Source: an uncultured Candidatus Saccharibacteria bacterium
GTDB lineage: Bacteria; Patescibacteriota; Saccharimonadia; Saccharimonadales; JAUPVS01
Assembly (NCBI GenBank): GCA_964627095.1
Contig: CAZVKH010000001.1
Span: 8,451-72,450, forward strand
Length of the DNA stretch: 64,000 bases
Direction: 5' to 3'
Position 1 is the stretch's first letter, and each line of letters begins with the position of its first letter. Positions 16,349-26,868 of the stretch are shown piece by piece. Under the pieces are notes generated by a model that saw only the letters and a program-made list of their open reading frames with translations, searched no databases and was not told the origin of the DNA. A program made the position numbers and the translations under genes.

Positions 16349-16953
16349 TCTTCTACCGAATCATGTAGAGCGACTTTGATATCACCATAGTTGTAGCCCT
16401 GCCTTAATAGATAAGCGATAAGTTTTTGCGGATCTTGATAACGGCTCTGACTGCGTTTCTTTTCTATTACCTCTTTTAGAGCCGATGTTTCATCTCCCTC
16501 GTCTTCGGCCAAAGCGGCTTCGATGACCTCCTTATTAACATGCTTCTGCATAAGTTCCTGGCGTAGTCGACGCAGGGAAGTGGGCTTTAACAAGCGCCGA
16601 TTAGTAATCCAAGACTGGGCAAACTTAGCATCATCAATATAATCATATTCACTTAACTTGTTAAGTATATTATCGACCGTGGGGGAGTCATATTCTTTAC
16701 GCTTTAAATAATCTCTGACCTCCCACTCACTGCGTGGTCGCCTCGCAAGGTAATCCAGCGATCTCATAAATGCCTTGTCGAGCACGGCCGTCTGTTGCAG
16801 CTCTTCTAGCTCTTGCGTGTTGTAGTCTCGCCCAATCCTAATACCGGACTTCATTAACTCGGTTTCACTTAAACTGAATGAGTATTTGTCATCAACATAT
16901 ATTGAGTACCGACTTTTACGCTTTACCTGTTGCTTGATGTCAGTAATACGCAT
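16345..16953 (-). CDS. recX: recombination regulator RecX
   Basis: Three-repeat helical protein (RSEWEVRDYLKRK...) immediately downstream of recA. Confidence 0.8.
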   Translation of the reverse strand: MRITDIKQQVKRKSRYSIYVDDKYSFSLSETELMKSGIRIGRDYNTQELEELQQTAVLDKAFMRSLDYLARRPRSEWEVRDYLKRKEYDSPTVDNILNKLSEYDYIDDAKFAQSWITNRRLLKPTSLRRLRQELMQKHVNKEVIEAALAEDEGDETSALKEVIEKKRSQSRYQDPQKLIAYLLRQGYNYGDIKVALHDSVED

Positions 16954-16971
16954 TACTGCGGGTGCCTTAGT

Positions 16972-18003
16972 CTAGGCAGCCTTCTTGGCAGAGGCTTCAC
17001 GAACCTGGGCAGCTATCTTGTCTAATACTTTAGGGTTGGCTTCTAGATACTTCTTAGCAGCTTCGCGGCCTTGAGCTATTTTCTCGCCGTTATAGGCAAA
17101 CCACGCACCACTCTTTTCGACTATATTGTCTTCGACAGCCAGGTCAAGAGTATCGCCACTCACGCTGATACCTTGGTTGTACATAATGTCGAACTCAGCT
17201 TGACGGAAAGGTGGGGCAATTTTGTTTTTAACAACCTTGACGCGCACGCGCCCACCAACAATCTCTTCGCCCTGCTTAATCTGGCTGATGCGACGAATAT
17301 CCATACGAACGCTGGCGTAAAACTTGAGAGCGTTACCGCCCGTTGTTGTCTCTGGGTTGCCAAACATCACACCGATCTTCATGCGGATCTGGTTAATAAA
17401 TATGACCGTTACATTCGACTTGTTGATAACACTGGTTAGCTTACGCAGGGCCTGGCTCATTAATCGAGCCTGCAAGCCCATGTGTGAGTCACCCATGTCG
17501 CCCTCAATTTCAGCACGCGGCACAAGTGCGGCCACTGAGTCGATTACAATTAGGTCAACGGCATTACTACGCACGAGGGTTTCAACAATTTCGAGGGCTT
17601 GTTCACCACTATCTGGCTGTGAAAGCAAAAGATTAGCTGTATCGACACCGATGCGCTTGGCGTAGGCCGGATCAAGGGCATGCTCGGCATCGATGAATGC
17701 AGCCGTGCCACCAAGTTTTTGGACTTCGGCGATGGCATGCAAGGTCATGGTTGTCTTACCGCTTGACTCTGGACCATAAATTTCGACAACACGGCCTTTG
17801 GGAATACCACCACCAAGTGCTAAGTCTAACGACAGGCTACCAGAAGGGGTGCACTCCACGTGAGTAGCGTGGGCTTCACCCAACTTCATGATTGCACCTT
17901 TACCAAATTGTTTTTCGATTGTTTCGACAGCGAGGCCTAAGGCTTTGGATTTGCCTTGACTGGCTGTATTGTCGGGTTTTTCTGAATTAGCTTTAACGGC
18001 CAT
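16972..18003 (-). CDS. recA: recombinase RecA
   Basis: GPESSGKTT, the IDSVAAL loop region and FINQIR. I take the ATG at 18003, preceded by GGAGG, rather than the GTG at 18015. Confidence 0.95.
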   Translation of the reverse strand: MAVKANSEKPDNTASQGKSKALGLAVETIEKQFGKGAIMKLGEAHATHVECTPSGSLSLDLALGGGIPKGRVVEIYGPESSGKTTMTLHAIAEVQKLGGTAAFIDAEHALDPAYAKRIGVDTANLLLSQPDSGEQALEIVETLVRSNAVDLIVIDSVAALVPRAEIEGDMGDSHMGLQARLMSQALRKLTSVINKSNVTVIFINQIRMKIGVMFGNPETTTGGNALKFYASVRMDIRRISQIKQGEEIVGGRVRVKVVKNKIAPPFRQAEFDIMYNQGISVSGDTLDLAVEDNIVEKSGAWFAYNGEKIAQGREAAKKYLEANPKVLDKIAAQVREASAKKAA

Positions 18004-18181
18004 GACTACCTCCACTTATGTTAGTGGGTAGTATTATAGCTTCCGCCCATGTTACTGACAATGAGTCGTATTTGCCACCTCTGTTATAAATACTAACTTT
18101 TAATTAAGAGTTAATATTACTCGTCATGCCCAACAAGCATAACGAATATGCTACAATAACGCCTAGGAATACATGTGTTGA

Positions 18182-18685
18182 ATGACTAAGAAGAATCTTC
18201 GTACCGTTAGCAGCAATCAGGATGGGTTCACCGTCCCTGAACTGCTTTTGATGGTTCTTATAATTATAATCCTGTCTGGACTTGTTCTGACCAACTATCA
18301 GGCCCAACGCGCCAAGCAAAGAGACAGCCAGCGGGTTCAAGACATTAACTTGATCGACAACAAGCTCGAAACCTACTACAACGACAAAAACGCCTACCCA
18401 GCCACCTTTTCTGCCCAAGACTTGTTTAATGTTGATGAAGCGGTCTTAAAAGATCCCGATGGCAAGATGATCGTTTTTCACCCAGCGGTGGGTGACTCGG
18501 TGGCGGCTCAGGCTGTTACCAACCCGAACGAAAAAAGTGCTTCGAGCTACCTCTACATACCTTATCCAACTGGCTGTACCAATGCTGCCAATAATTGCAC
18601 CGGTTTTGTACTTAAAACTTTCGTTGAAAAGCCCACCAGCACAACTCCCAACCCATACACCAAGGTTGGCATTAATAACAACTAA
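18182..18685 (+). CDS. type IV pilin / pseudopilin
   Basis: Prepilin leader ...NQDG|FTVPE with Glu5, a hydrophobic N-terminal helix and a C-terminal Cys pair (CTNAANNC). Confidence 0.75.
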   Translation: MTKKNLRTVSSNQDGFTVPELLLMVLIIIILSGLVLTNYQAQRAKQRDSQRVQDINLIDNKLETYYNDKNAYPATFSAQDLFNVDEAVLKDPDGKMIVFHPAVGDSVAAQAVTNPNEKSASSYLYIPYPTGCTNAANNCTGFVLKTFVEKPTSTTPNPYTKVGINNN

Positions 18686-19266
18686 CGGCGACGGTTTCTA
18701 GAAGGATCGCTGTCTAGATATTTTTGACGGGCGTCTAATACTACTTTGCCGTAAAAGTTTGGTCGCGGGCAGTACTTAAAGTTAAAGTTTGCCTGCTCAC
18801 CGGCGGTTTCTACAATCAGATTGCCAAAACCAAAAATAGAGGCAAATATGCCCCGCTGCTTGGCGGTCACATCTTCTACGTTTGCTAGTGATAGTTCCGA
18901 GACTTTGCGATTAAATAGACCGTGCTGTAATACCTGGGTCAGATTCTTATTGCTTATGATAAGTTTGCTCTGCCTATAAATGTATGTGTAAAGCATTAGT
19001 ACCATCCAAACAGCGATTGCAATCAAGCCAATCACCACCGACAAAAATAGACGTAATTGTGAAAGCTGTTCGTTAGGGAACATAATCGGCGCCAGGAGCA
19101 TTAGCATAAATGAGCCCGCCACAAAACCAACTCCAACTTGGCAGTAAACTACAATAAGCCCGAATGAATGACGCTTAACTTCATAAAGTAAGGTTTCGCC
19201 TTCACTAATACCTTCTATAGTATTTTCGACGGTGTCTGGTGGCAGTGGGGTATCTGGATTCATCAC
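18682..19266 (-). CDS. membrane-flanked bacterial PH-domain (DUF304/YdbS-like) protein
   Basis: Two transmembrane helices followed by ...VEDVTAKQRGIFASIFGFGNLIVETAG. Confidence 0.55.
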   Translation of the reverse strand: MMNPDTPLPPDTVENTIEGISEGETLLYEVKRHSFGLIVVYCQVGVGFVAGSFMLMLLAPIMFPNEQLSQLRLFLSVVIGLIAIAVWMVLMLYTYIYRQSKLIISNKNLTQVLQHGLFNRKVSELSLANVEDVTAKQRGIFASIFGFGNLIVETAGEQANFNFKYCPRPNFYGKVVLDARQKYLDSDPSRNRRR

Positions 19267-19271
19267 TGCTA

Positions 19272-20303
19272 TTATAGCAAGATTTCTTGTTCTTCAGGAG
19301 TGTCCGGAGTTTTACCTAGGTGCTTATAGGCCTTGCGTGTAACCTTGCGGCCGCGCGGAGTACGCTCCAGTAGCCCAATCTGCATAAGATAAGGTTCGTA
19401 AAAGTCTTCGATAGTAGAACGCTCCTCGGCTGTAAGGGCAGCTAATGTTTCGACACCAACTGGGCCACCTTGATAGTTGTCGATTATCGCCATTAAAAGC
19501 ATGCGGTCGGCTGGGTCAAGCCCCAGATCATCAACTTCTAACAGCCCCAGAGCTTGGGTACTAATTTCGGCGTCGATGATGCCGTCGCCATTAATGTCGG
19601 CGTAGTCACGTACTCGCTTTAGTAAACGATTGGCGATGCGCGGCGTAAGCCGAGCGCGTTTGGCTAGATCTTGGGCGGCGGCCTTATCAATCTTTATGCC
19701 AATGATCTTGGCGGCCCGTTCAATAATCTGCTGGACTTCGTCTGGAGTGTAGAACTCTAAGCGGTGTATCATGCCAAAACGATCACGTAGGGGAGCGGCC
19801 AAGGCACCAGTTCGGGTGGTGGCGCCAATAATTGTAAACTTGGGCAAATCTAAGCGCAGGCTGCGGGCGGTTGGGCCCTTACCAAGCATGATGTCGAGTT
19901 TGAAGTCTTCCATGGCACTGTAAAGAACCTCTTCGACCGAACGGTTCAAGCGGTGGATTTCGTCGATGAACAGAATATCGCCGTCCTGCAGGTTGGTTAG
20001 TAGGCTAGCCAAATCACCGGCCCGCTCCACAGCCGGGCCACTGGTGACGCGAATGTTGGCTCCCATTTCGTTGGCAATAACAGTTGCCATGGTCGTTTTG
20101 CCCAGGCCTGGTGGACCGTACAACAGAATATGGTCGAGCGGCTCTCCACGTTTGGTGGCGGCCGCAATCGCCAATTGCAAATTCTGTTTTAAACGCTTCT
20201 GCCCAATATAGTTGGTGAAGTCATGGGGGCGGAGTGTAATCTCTAACTCGGCCTCAATTGGGTCTTCTTCATCCTTGGTACTTACAATTCGTTCAATCGC
20301 CAT
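19272..20303 (-). CDS. ruvB: Holliday junction helicase RuvB
   Basis: [17 protein letters not shown] and a typical RuvB C-terminal winged helix. Confidence 0.95.
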   Translation of the reverse strand: MAIERIVSTKDEEDPIEAELEITLRPHDFTNYIGQKRLKQNLQLAIAAATKRGEPLDHILLYGPPGLGKTTMATVIANEMGANIRVTSGPAVERAGDLASLLTNLQDGDILFIDEIHRLNRSVEEVLYSAMEDFKLDIMLGKGPTARSLRLDLPKFTIIGATTRTGALAAPLRDRFGMIHRLEFYTPDEVQQIIERAAKIIGIKIDKAAAQDLAKRARLTPRIANRLLKRVRDYADINGDGIIDAEISTQALGLLEVDDLGLDPADRMLLMAIIDNYQGGPVGVETLAALTAEERSTIEDFYEPYLMQIGLLERTPRGRKVTRKAYKHLGKTPDTPEEQEILL

Positions 20304-20304
20304 A

Positions 20305-20886
20305 TTATTTTCCGGTTAAGGCTCGTTTAATGCGATCCTCAGTTGGGATGTCTTGCGGGATGCCAGCTAGGGCAGTGGCAGCATCGGGAGCAGTGTAACC
20401 CAAGGCCATCAAAGCCTCGACAGCTTCGTCCTGCACCAAACTTGCATCCGACTGTAATATACCCAAACTATCTAAATCAACGCCAGCCAAACCAACTTTA
20501 TCTTTTAGCTCAACGACAACTCGTTCGGCGACACGTTTTCCAACACCGTTAGCTTGCTGAATGAACTTGGTATCGCCACTTGCTAGTGCTCGCCTCACCT
20601 CACCCACTGTGCCAATACTTAACATGTTAAGTGCCATTCGTGGACCAATGCCATTGACTGAAAGGAGTAGTTCAAACAAATTTTTAGTTTCTAGGCTGCA
20701 GAAACCGTACAGGTCGTAACTGCTCTCTCTTATGTGTTCGTAGATGTAGAGCTTGGTCACCTGCTCTGGCGTCAGCTTTCCAAAGTCTTCAGCCGTTACT
20801 AGCAGCCCATAGCCAACCCCGGCGACGTTTAGAACAACGACGTCTTTCAGTTTTTCGGATACAGTCCCCTCTAACGTTGCAATCAT
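20305..20886 (-). CDS. ruvA: Holliday junction DNA-binding protein RuvA
   Basis: MIATLEGTV..., GVGY and HhH motifs ([19 protein letters not shown]). The start at 20886 avoids overlap with ruvC. Confidence 0.9.
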   Translation of the reverse strand: MIATLEGTVSEKLKDVVVLNVAGVGYGLLVTAEDFGKLTPEQVTKLYIYEHIRESSYDLYGFCSLETKNLFELLLSVNGIGPRMALNMLSIGTVGEVRRALASGDTKFIQQANGVGKRVAERVVVELKDKVGLAGVDLDSLGILQSDASLVQDEAVEALMALGYTAPDAATALAGIPQDIPTEDRIKRALTGK

Positions 20887-20908
20887 ATGATACTTATTAT
20901 CGCATATA

Positions 20909-21382
20909 TTACCGTAAAGCGGTGCTACAACAGATGGCCGCTGCCAATGCATCGGCAGCATCGTCCGGTTTTGGTATTTCTTTTAGATTGAGTAGCATAC
21001 GCACCATCTCTTGAACCTGCTTTTTGTCGGCTTTGCCATAGCCAGTCAACGACTGTTTTATTTGCTGAGGCGTGAACTCGTGCAGTTCCAGGCTATGCTG
21101 CTTACCGCAGAGCAGAACTACGCCACGGGCCTGTGAAACACTCATTGCCGTTGTAACATTCTGGGCGAAGAAGAGCTTTTCTACCGACATAACTGTTGGT
21201 TGGGTGCTTTTGATGATCTCGTGCAGCTCGTCATAAATTGTACTTAGACGCTCGCTATCGGCCTGCTTAACTGGCGTTCGGATGACACCGGCGTCAACCA
21301 GCGAAAGCTTCCCTTGCTTACTGACTTCAACGACGCCGAAACCAAGAATACCGGTACCTGGGTCAATCCCTAAAATTCTCAT
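20909..21382 (-). CDS. ruvC: crossover junction endodeoxyribonuclease RuvC
   Basis: MRILGIDPG..., EKLFF and a C-terminal DAADALA. Confidence 0.9.
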   Translation of the reverse strand: MRILGIDPGTGILGFGVVEVSKQGKLSLVDAGVIRTPVKQADSERLSTIYDELHEIIKSTQPTVMSVEKLFFAQNVTTAMSVSQARGVVLLCGKQHSLELHEFTPQQIKQSLTGYGKADKKQVQEMVRMLLNLKEIPKPDDAADALAAAICCSTALR

Positions 21383-21401
21383 AGTAGTAGCATAGCAGAG
21401 G

Positions 21402-22928
21402 CTAGTTGGTTATTAGGCTTTTAATACGTTGCACCAGTCGGCTTATTTCTTGGCGGTATTCATACGCGCCGTAGCTAACGATGATTATCATGACAGCCCC
21501 GATGATTACTATGTGACCCTTGCGTGGAGCAACAGTTTTATCGCCCAGAACCTTACCTGTTGTCTTGGCCACAATTTTGCGGCAGCGGCCAGTAGTGGGG
21601 TTGCGCTCTTGGCCGGCCTCGCAGGCTTTTTGAGTGCTGGCAGTTTCGATTTTGCGACAACGATTGGTCGCTGGATTCTTTTCTTGCCCAACCGGGCAGG
21701 TAATGGCTGCTAAGACTGCTAGCTTGCGGCAACGGCCAGTTTCGGGATTACGTTCTTGATCAGCATTGCAAGCCACCAAAACAGCAGATTCTTCGTTAGA
21801 CTTGCAGCGTCCGGTGGCAGGGTTGCGGAACTTACCAGCTGGGCATGGTTCTGCCTCGCCTTGCTCGGTTTGCTGTGCTGATTCACTTACGAGTAAGTTT
21901 TCCAAAGCTGGCGTTGGCTGTTTGGTTAGCGCCCAGAATCCGTTTACCAAAGCCCAGGCTTCGTCATCGGATAGGGCTGGGTAATTAACTGATGTTGTTT
22001 CAGTTATAGTCTCGAGGGTTACCACACCGCCACTGTTACCCAACTGAAGAGCCGAGACTGAGTAGTAGACAGCCTTGTATTCGTGGGCCTGTATTGTGGT
22101 TTGTTCAGGAAAAATATACTCCTTGGTGGCCGTGCGAAGCTTGCAGCCATGTAGTGATTGAGTTTGGTCGGTTGGATTATATATTTCTATAAATTCGCCA
22201 AGTGTATCGTCGCCGGCTGGGTTGGGCAAAATTTCGTTAATCTGAATGCCCTGGCAAGTTGGCTGTGAACTCGTGGGTGGCGGCACCGAAGGTGGCAGAC
22301 TTGGTGGGGTTACGCTAACGCTATATATATTGCCACCTTGCGGTGTGGCCGGCTTATAATTGGCAACACCATCTGACTTGTTGTACAGACCATTGGTTGT
22401 TGGTCTTTGTAGCGTATAGCTAGGTCCCGCTACGGCCGACACCTTATCGCAGCCAGTAATAGTAGTCGCCGAGCCCCAAGCCACGCAGTCGACCATGGTC
22501 GTGCCGTTCATCAACCTAACATGTCCGCCAGACTTAGCTAGAAATCCAGAAGTTGATACATCACCAGCACCAAAGATACTATCTGGTGCAACCGGGTAAT
22601 ACCCGTCGTGCTCCCAGATTCCATGGCCATTACCGCTTATTTGTCCGGAAATTGTGTCGATAATTTGGGTGGCGGCAGCTGTGCCATTATGCGAAGCTGA
22701 CAGATATTCTAGTCGCCAACCGGTCATATTAACCGCTGCGCCCGTAGTATTTGTTAGCTCAACGAATTCCTGTCGTGGGTATTCTACCCCAGCGCTGTCG
22801 ATAAAGCCGGTCTGAACTTCGGTAATAAGAACTGATGGCTGGACGGCGCCAACTGGCGAAGCCATACACAGCTGTAAGACAACTAATGTAGTGGCGCCAA
22901 GGCTTAGTGCGGTTAGATATTTCTTCAT
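21402..22928 (-). CDS. secreted, membrane-anchored protein with two lamin-tail-like domains and four Cys-bracketed repeats
   Basis: Signal peptide MKKYLTALSLG... LTD-like segments (VLITEV...VELTN and IQINEILPNP...EFIEIYNP). Four repeats of C-x3-Q-E-[RK]-N-P-x-T-[GN]-R-C-[RK]-K, then a C-terminal transmembrane helix. Confidence 0.65.
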   Translation of the reverse strand: MKKYLTALSLGATTLVVLQLCMASPVGAVQPSVLITEVQTGFIDSAGVEYPRQEFVELTNTTGAAVNMTGWRLEYLSASHNGTAAATQIIDTISGQISGNGHGIWEHDGYYPVAPDSIFGAGDVSTSGFLAKSGGHVRLMNGTTMVDCVAWGSATTITGCDKVSAVAGPSYTLQRPTTNGLYNKSDGVANYKPATPQGGNIYSVSVTPPSLPPSVPPPTSSQPTCQGIQINEILPNPAGDDTLGEFIEIYNPTDQTQSLHGCKLRTATKEYIFPEQTTIQAHEYKAVYYSVSALQLGNSGGVVTLETITETTSVNYPALSDDEAWALVNGFWALTKQPTPALENLLVSESAQQTEQGEAEPCPAGKFRNPATGRCKSNEESAVLVACNADQERNPETGRCRKLAVLAAITCPVGQEKNPATNRCRKIETASTQKACEAGQERNPTTGRCRKIVAKTTGKVLGDKTVAPRKGHIVIIGAVMIIIVSYGAYEYRQEISRLVQRIKSLITN

Positions 22929-23045
22929 AGTGCAGCCATAGTAAAACGACCACAACAACAGCGTCAAAACTATCCAATTAACAGTTAATTAATAGTTAAT
23001 ATTACCCTATTGGACCTTAATTAAATCTAGGCGAATTATTAACTT

Positions 23046-23777
23046 TTAATTAGCTAGAAATTCTTCTGGAATATCAAAATTGACGTGCGTATTGCTAACG
23101 TCATCAATGCTATCAATGGCATCCATCAGTCGTAAAATTTTACCGGCGGTGGCTTCGTCTTCCACGGTAACGGTATTATTGGGAACATAGGTTAGTTCAG
23201 CTTCAGTAATTTCTAGGTCAGCCGCCTTAAGGGCATCACGAACCTTACCCAGTTCTTTGGCATCGGTGTAGATGACTGACTCGTTTTCTTCTTCCTGGAC
23301 ATCCTCAGCGCCAGCGTCGAGCGCAGTTAGCATTAACTCGTCTCCAACGCCATTAACCCGAATCATGCCTTTGTGATCAAACTGGAAGGCGACAGCGCCC
23401 TTTTCGGCAATACTGCCACCATGTTTACTAAAAGCCAGTTTTACTTCTGGATAAGTGCGGTTGATGTTATCGGTAGCAACCTCAACTAAAATGGCGACGC
23501 CACCTGGCCCGTAACCTTCGTAAAGTAATTCCTGAATCTGTTCGCCACCTAGTTTGCCGGAACCACGGTCAATCGAACGCTGAATATTGGCCACCGGCAT
23601 GTTTGATGCTTTGGCACGGTCAATTGCCAAGCGTAAGCTGAAGTTCATATCGGGGTCGGCACCAGCGCGGGCGGCCACTGCAATGGCATTACCAAGTTTA
23701 GTAAACAAAGCACCACGAGCGGTATCTTTGGCGCCCTTTTGACGTTTGATTGTTGACCACTTAGAATGACCTGACAT
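23046..23777 (-). CDS. yebC: YebC/PmpR-family DNA-binding regulator
   Basis: MSGHSKWSTIKRQKGAKD... is the canonical YebC N-terminus. Confidence 0.9.
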   Translation of the reverse strand: MSGHSKWSTIKRQKGAKDTARGALFTKLGNAIAVAARAGADPDMNFSLRLAIDRAKASNMPVANIQRSIDRGSGKLGGEQIQELLYEGYGPGGVAILVEVATDNINRTYPEVKLAFSKHGGSIAEKGAVAFQFDHKGMIRVNGVGDELMLTALDAGAEDVQEEENESVIYTDAKELGKVRDALKAADLEITEAELTYVPNNTVTVEDEATAGKILRLMDAIDSIDDVSNTHVNFDIPEEFLAN

Positions 23778-23782
23778 ATCTG

Positions 23783-25207
23783 TTATTCTAGCACATTTTG
23801 GACGTTTCGGCGAACGGCAATTCGTTTGAGCAACATTACCACAATAACAATCGCACCATAAGCTATGGTCATACTATAGACATCTATGGAAAGTTCAGCG
23901 GCGGCATGCGGGAGCCGGCTAAATTGGGCCGAGATGTCGATCATGTAGGTGAGCAGGGTCTTGGCGGGCCAGGCCAAAAGCCCAGAAACCGGCAGCCACG
24001 ACAGAGGACCTAAACCGGCGATCAAGGTTAACAACATGGCTAGCGGCACCAATGGAACAACCAAGACGTTGGCAACAAGACCGATAATCGATACCCGGCC
24101 AAATATATACATGATTATAGGCACGGTCATAACTTGAGCTGACACGGTTTCGGTAACTAGGCTACCAAGCAGCTTGGGTGACTTACGCCGCAGCCCACTT
24201 ATAGCCGGGGCAATTACCAACACTCCAAAGAATGCCAGGAATGACAAGTACCAGCCAATGTCCGACCAAATATAGTATGGGTTCCAAGCAGCTGTAATGG
24301 CGGCAGCCAGAGCCAGTAGTAACACCGGCTTAAACTGACGACCATAATACCAAGCTAACAAACTTAGGCTGCTAACTAGTGCGGCTCGTATTATTGAAGC
24401 ACTTAGGCCAGTGAGCATTACAAACACCAGCATTAATGCGCTGGCTGCTACCACAATCTGAAACTTTGAGCCCTTCTGCAAAAGCTTGCGGACGGCCATG
24501 ATAATGATCGTTAGGTTATAGCCCGAAACAGCCACCAGGTGCGTTAAGCCGGTGACCGAAAGCTGGTCATTGACTTCTTTTGGGATGGTACTTCTCTGAC
24601 CCAATAATAAACCGGCTCCAAAAGATGCTTCGGGTTCGGGTATTGAAGACTGCAGGCCGGCAATAAACCGCCGCCGCACCACATCGAGCCGTGACTGATG
24701 GCGCTGCGTAACTTTAATGTTGGCAAAACTCATTCGAGCCTGGGCAGCACCGCGCGTGGGGCTGAGCTTACCAGAGACTTGTAGTTGATCACCGCGGTAG
24801 ACCATTGATTCACCGCGGCCCTCGACCTTGATCTTTCCAAGCAAAGCAACAGTTTCAGGCTGCCTAACAACAAGCTGGTTGGCATCAAAACTTAACATAC
24901 CTTTGTCGCTATATACGGCATCGGTTTCGGCCTGTGCCGTAACTACGACTGGCCTAGCAAACAATGACTTATAACGAGACAGCTGGTACATATAGGCAGT
25001 ACCCCTAAATAGCCCTAACTGGAATCCACAACACAATAGCAGCAAACAACTAAGCACATTCTGCCAACGATAAACTGCCGCCATGAAAACAAAACTTGCA
25101 GCCAGCAGCAAAGTTTGCCGATATTCAATTCGGCGGGCCGCCACCAAGCCAAGTAAGACAGCCAAGAAAAAGCCCACCAGTTGGGTGTTTTGTTTAAAGT
25201 AGTTCAC
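23783..25207 (-). CDS. comEC: ComEC/Rec2 competence channel (membrane domain only)
   Basis: OB-like N-terminal part plus a polytopic core with TGLTHLVAVSGYNL and LTGLSASIIRAA. No metallo-beta-lactamase domain. Confidence 0.75.
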   Translation of the reverse strand: MNYFKQNTQLVGFFLAVLLGLVAARRIEYRQTLLLAASFVFMAAVYRWQNVLSCLLLLCCGFQLGLFRGTAYMYQLSRYKSLFARPVVVTAQAETDAVYSDKGMLSFDANQLVVRQPETVALLGKIKVEGRGESMVYRGDQLQVSGKLSPTRGAAQARMSFANIKVTQRHQSRLDVVRRRFIAGLQSSIPEPEASFGAGLLLGQRSTIPKEVNDQLSVTGLTHLVAVSGYNLTIIIMAVRKLLQKGSKFQIVVAASALMLVFVMLTGLSASIIRAALVSSLSLLAWYYGRQFKPVLLLALAAAITAAWNPYYIWSDIGWYLSFLAFFGVLVIAPAISGLRRKSPKLLGSLVTETVSAQVMTVPIIMYIFGRVSIIGLVANVLVVPLVPLAMLLTLIAGLGPLSWLPVSGLLAWPAKTLLTYMIDISAQFSRLPHAAAELSIDVYSMTIAYGAIVIVVMLLKRIAVRRNVQNVLE

Positions 25208-25241
25208 CTAGCCACATTACATGGCCAGTATTAAGAAGTTC

Positions 25242-26750
25242 TTAACTTTCGCTGAAGACTTTTTGGACTAATTCAAGTTGCCTTTGGTTAGTCGGATCAA
25301 ACTTAGCCTTAAATACTAGGTCAAGCATCGCCGGGTCGTTTTTATACTTTTCCCAAAATGTGACAACTCGCTGCTTACCCTCTAAGTATGCCAAGTCTTT
25401 GTTAAATGTAAGTAGGTGATGCTCCCCGTCAGAAAGTCTATCATCAACGCTGGTTGGCGTGCCTCTAAATATTCGAACGCAGCCCGCGTAAGTGTTGTTT
25501 TGAGCGGTAGAAATTTGTTTTTCAGTTGGCTCTTCGCCGCTTTGAGCTTTTATCAACACTCGTGCCCGCCAAAGTGTTTCGAATACCTTGCGAAAGTCAT
25601 TTCCTTCGTAAGCTAAACCGTAGGCTGCATATCGCTCCAGATTCGGTGCATCCCAACTCGTATCCTCACCTGTTGTTGCTTTCTCGCAAGTCGAAGCAAA
25701 ACCTTCTTCGAAAGTCAGGTAGTCACTTACTTCGCCAGGTTCGGCAGCCGTGTATAGCCCCGTCCCAACCACCGGAATATCTGTCTCGATGCCACTCATG
25801 GCCCGGCCAGCATGAACTATGTATTCGTGCACTACTTTACTTAACATCTCTTTTGCAGAAGAAATAGGACCACGCTTGCCACCAATTACTACAGCCATCT
25901 GTTCTGTTTCCCAAGAAAGTGCAGTCGCCGATGGGTCGATAAGCACTTGGATTCCAGAACTATTATCAGGGTCACGCTGTTGATGAATAAGACTAAAGAT
26001 AGCGTACATATCATCGACGGTAAAATGCTGTTCTTCCGTCGGTCTTGGCTTAACATTTTCGTCCCAATACCGTAATATAGTCGGCTCAAGATCTGGGTTA
26101 TCGCTCAAGACTTTCTCATCCAGATAATCGAGTAGTTCTTGAGGTAGTGGCTTAAGTGGCTCGGCATCATTACGCTTAAGTGGAGATACGACGATAGATT
26201 TGCCTGCAACTTCTACCACAAAGCCATGTTCTAGCTCTTGCTTGAGTTGTTGCCCAACTCCAACCAACTCCTTGCCATCAATCTGACGCCAAATTTCACT
26301 TACTACGCCAGCGTACAAGTCTTGATCGGGTTTGCCGTACAGCTGTTCGTTCAGGTTTTGAACATAGCTAGCCCGGCGATCAAGTTCGTCTTCTGACATC
26401 GTAAAGTGGCCATCAATAAGTTCTTTGGCGCTTAGCAACCAATACATCTCGGCCATTCGATAAGCTGCGCTGTCCCAAATTGCCTCTTTGGCAGTCTGGT
26501 CGGGCTGCGCCTCGGCTAGTTTTAGAACCTCACCCAGAACAGATATGCCATTTCTTAGTTCGTTTTCATCTAAAACTGGGTAATCAAGGGTGGGGTTAAC
26601 AACATCGCCTGCGAGAAAATCATCTCTTTGTTGAGCCCGCTCATCTTTGTCGCCCGCCAAACGTTTATACGACTGAAATGCGATTTCAGGAGTATTGAGA
26701 GGATGGAGTTGTTCGCGTAGCGAGACTCCTTCAAGAAGTATCTCTGACAT
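25242..26750 (-). CDS. DUF1704 / MATCAP-like putative metallo-carboxypeptidase
   Basis: HEYIVH (HExxxH) and a downstream FEEGFA (QEGLA-like) motif. I take the ATG at 26750, 6 nt after a TATAAT. The longer track ORF would run through a repeat and a tRNA terminator. Confidence 0.55.
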   Translation of the reverse strand: MSEILLEGVSLREQLHPLNTPEIAFQSYKRLAGDKDERAQQRDDFLAGDVVNPTLDYPVLDENELRNGISVLGEVLKLAEAQPDQTAKEAIWDSAAYRMAEMYWLLSAKELIDGHFTMSEDELDRRASYVQNLNEQLYGKPDQDLYAGVVSEIWRQIDGKELVGVGQQLKQELEHGFVVEVAGKSIVVSPLKRNDAEPLKPLPQELLDYLDEKVLSDNPDLEPTILRYWDENVKPRPTEEQHFTVDDMYAIFSLIHQQRDPDNSSGIQVLIDPSATALSWETEQMAVVIGGKRGPISSAKEMLSKVVHEYIVHAGRAMSGIETDIPVVGTGLYTAAEPGEVSDYLTFEEGFASTCEKATTGEDTSWDAPNLERYAAYGLAYEGNDFRKVFETLWRARVLIKAQSGEEPTEKQISTAQNNTYAGCVRIFRGTPTSVDDRLSDGEHHLLTFNKDLAYLEGKQRVVTFWEKYKNDPAMLDLVFKAKFDPTNQRQLELVQKVFSES

Positions 26751-26792
26751 ATACATATTATAACATAATAGAATGAGTTTTACGATGCCACT

Positions 26793-26868
26793 GGGGCAAC
26801 GCACATCTACGGCCTTGCTCGGAATGCATTCCTGCGCATGGCCTTGATGACCGAACCCCGGCTGCGCC
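26793..26868. repeat. copy A of the tRNA-adjacent structured intergenic element
   Basis: 65/76 ungapped identity (hand count) to 53731..53806. Internal palindrome GGAATGCATTCC (26821..26832) and hairpin GAACCC/GGGTTC (26853..26878). Confidence 0.55.

Noticed and set aside
20887-20961. 25-aa N-terminal extension of ruvA overlapping ruvC
   Set aside because: Canonical RuvA begins MI..L.G at the Met at 20886. The extension overlaps the ruvC 3' end.
26811-26825. Resemblance of the element's minus-strand GAGCAAGGCC to a conserved RNase P RNA segment
   Set aside because: Copy B reads GAGCATGGCT at that position, and none of the other universally conserved RNase P blocks is present. The similarity is treated as coincidence.
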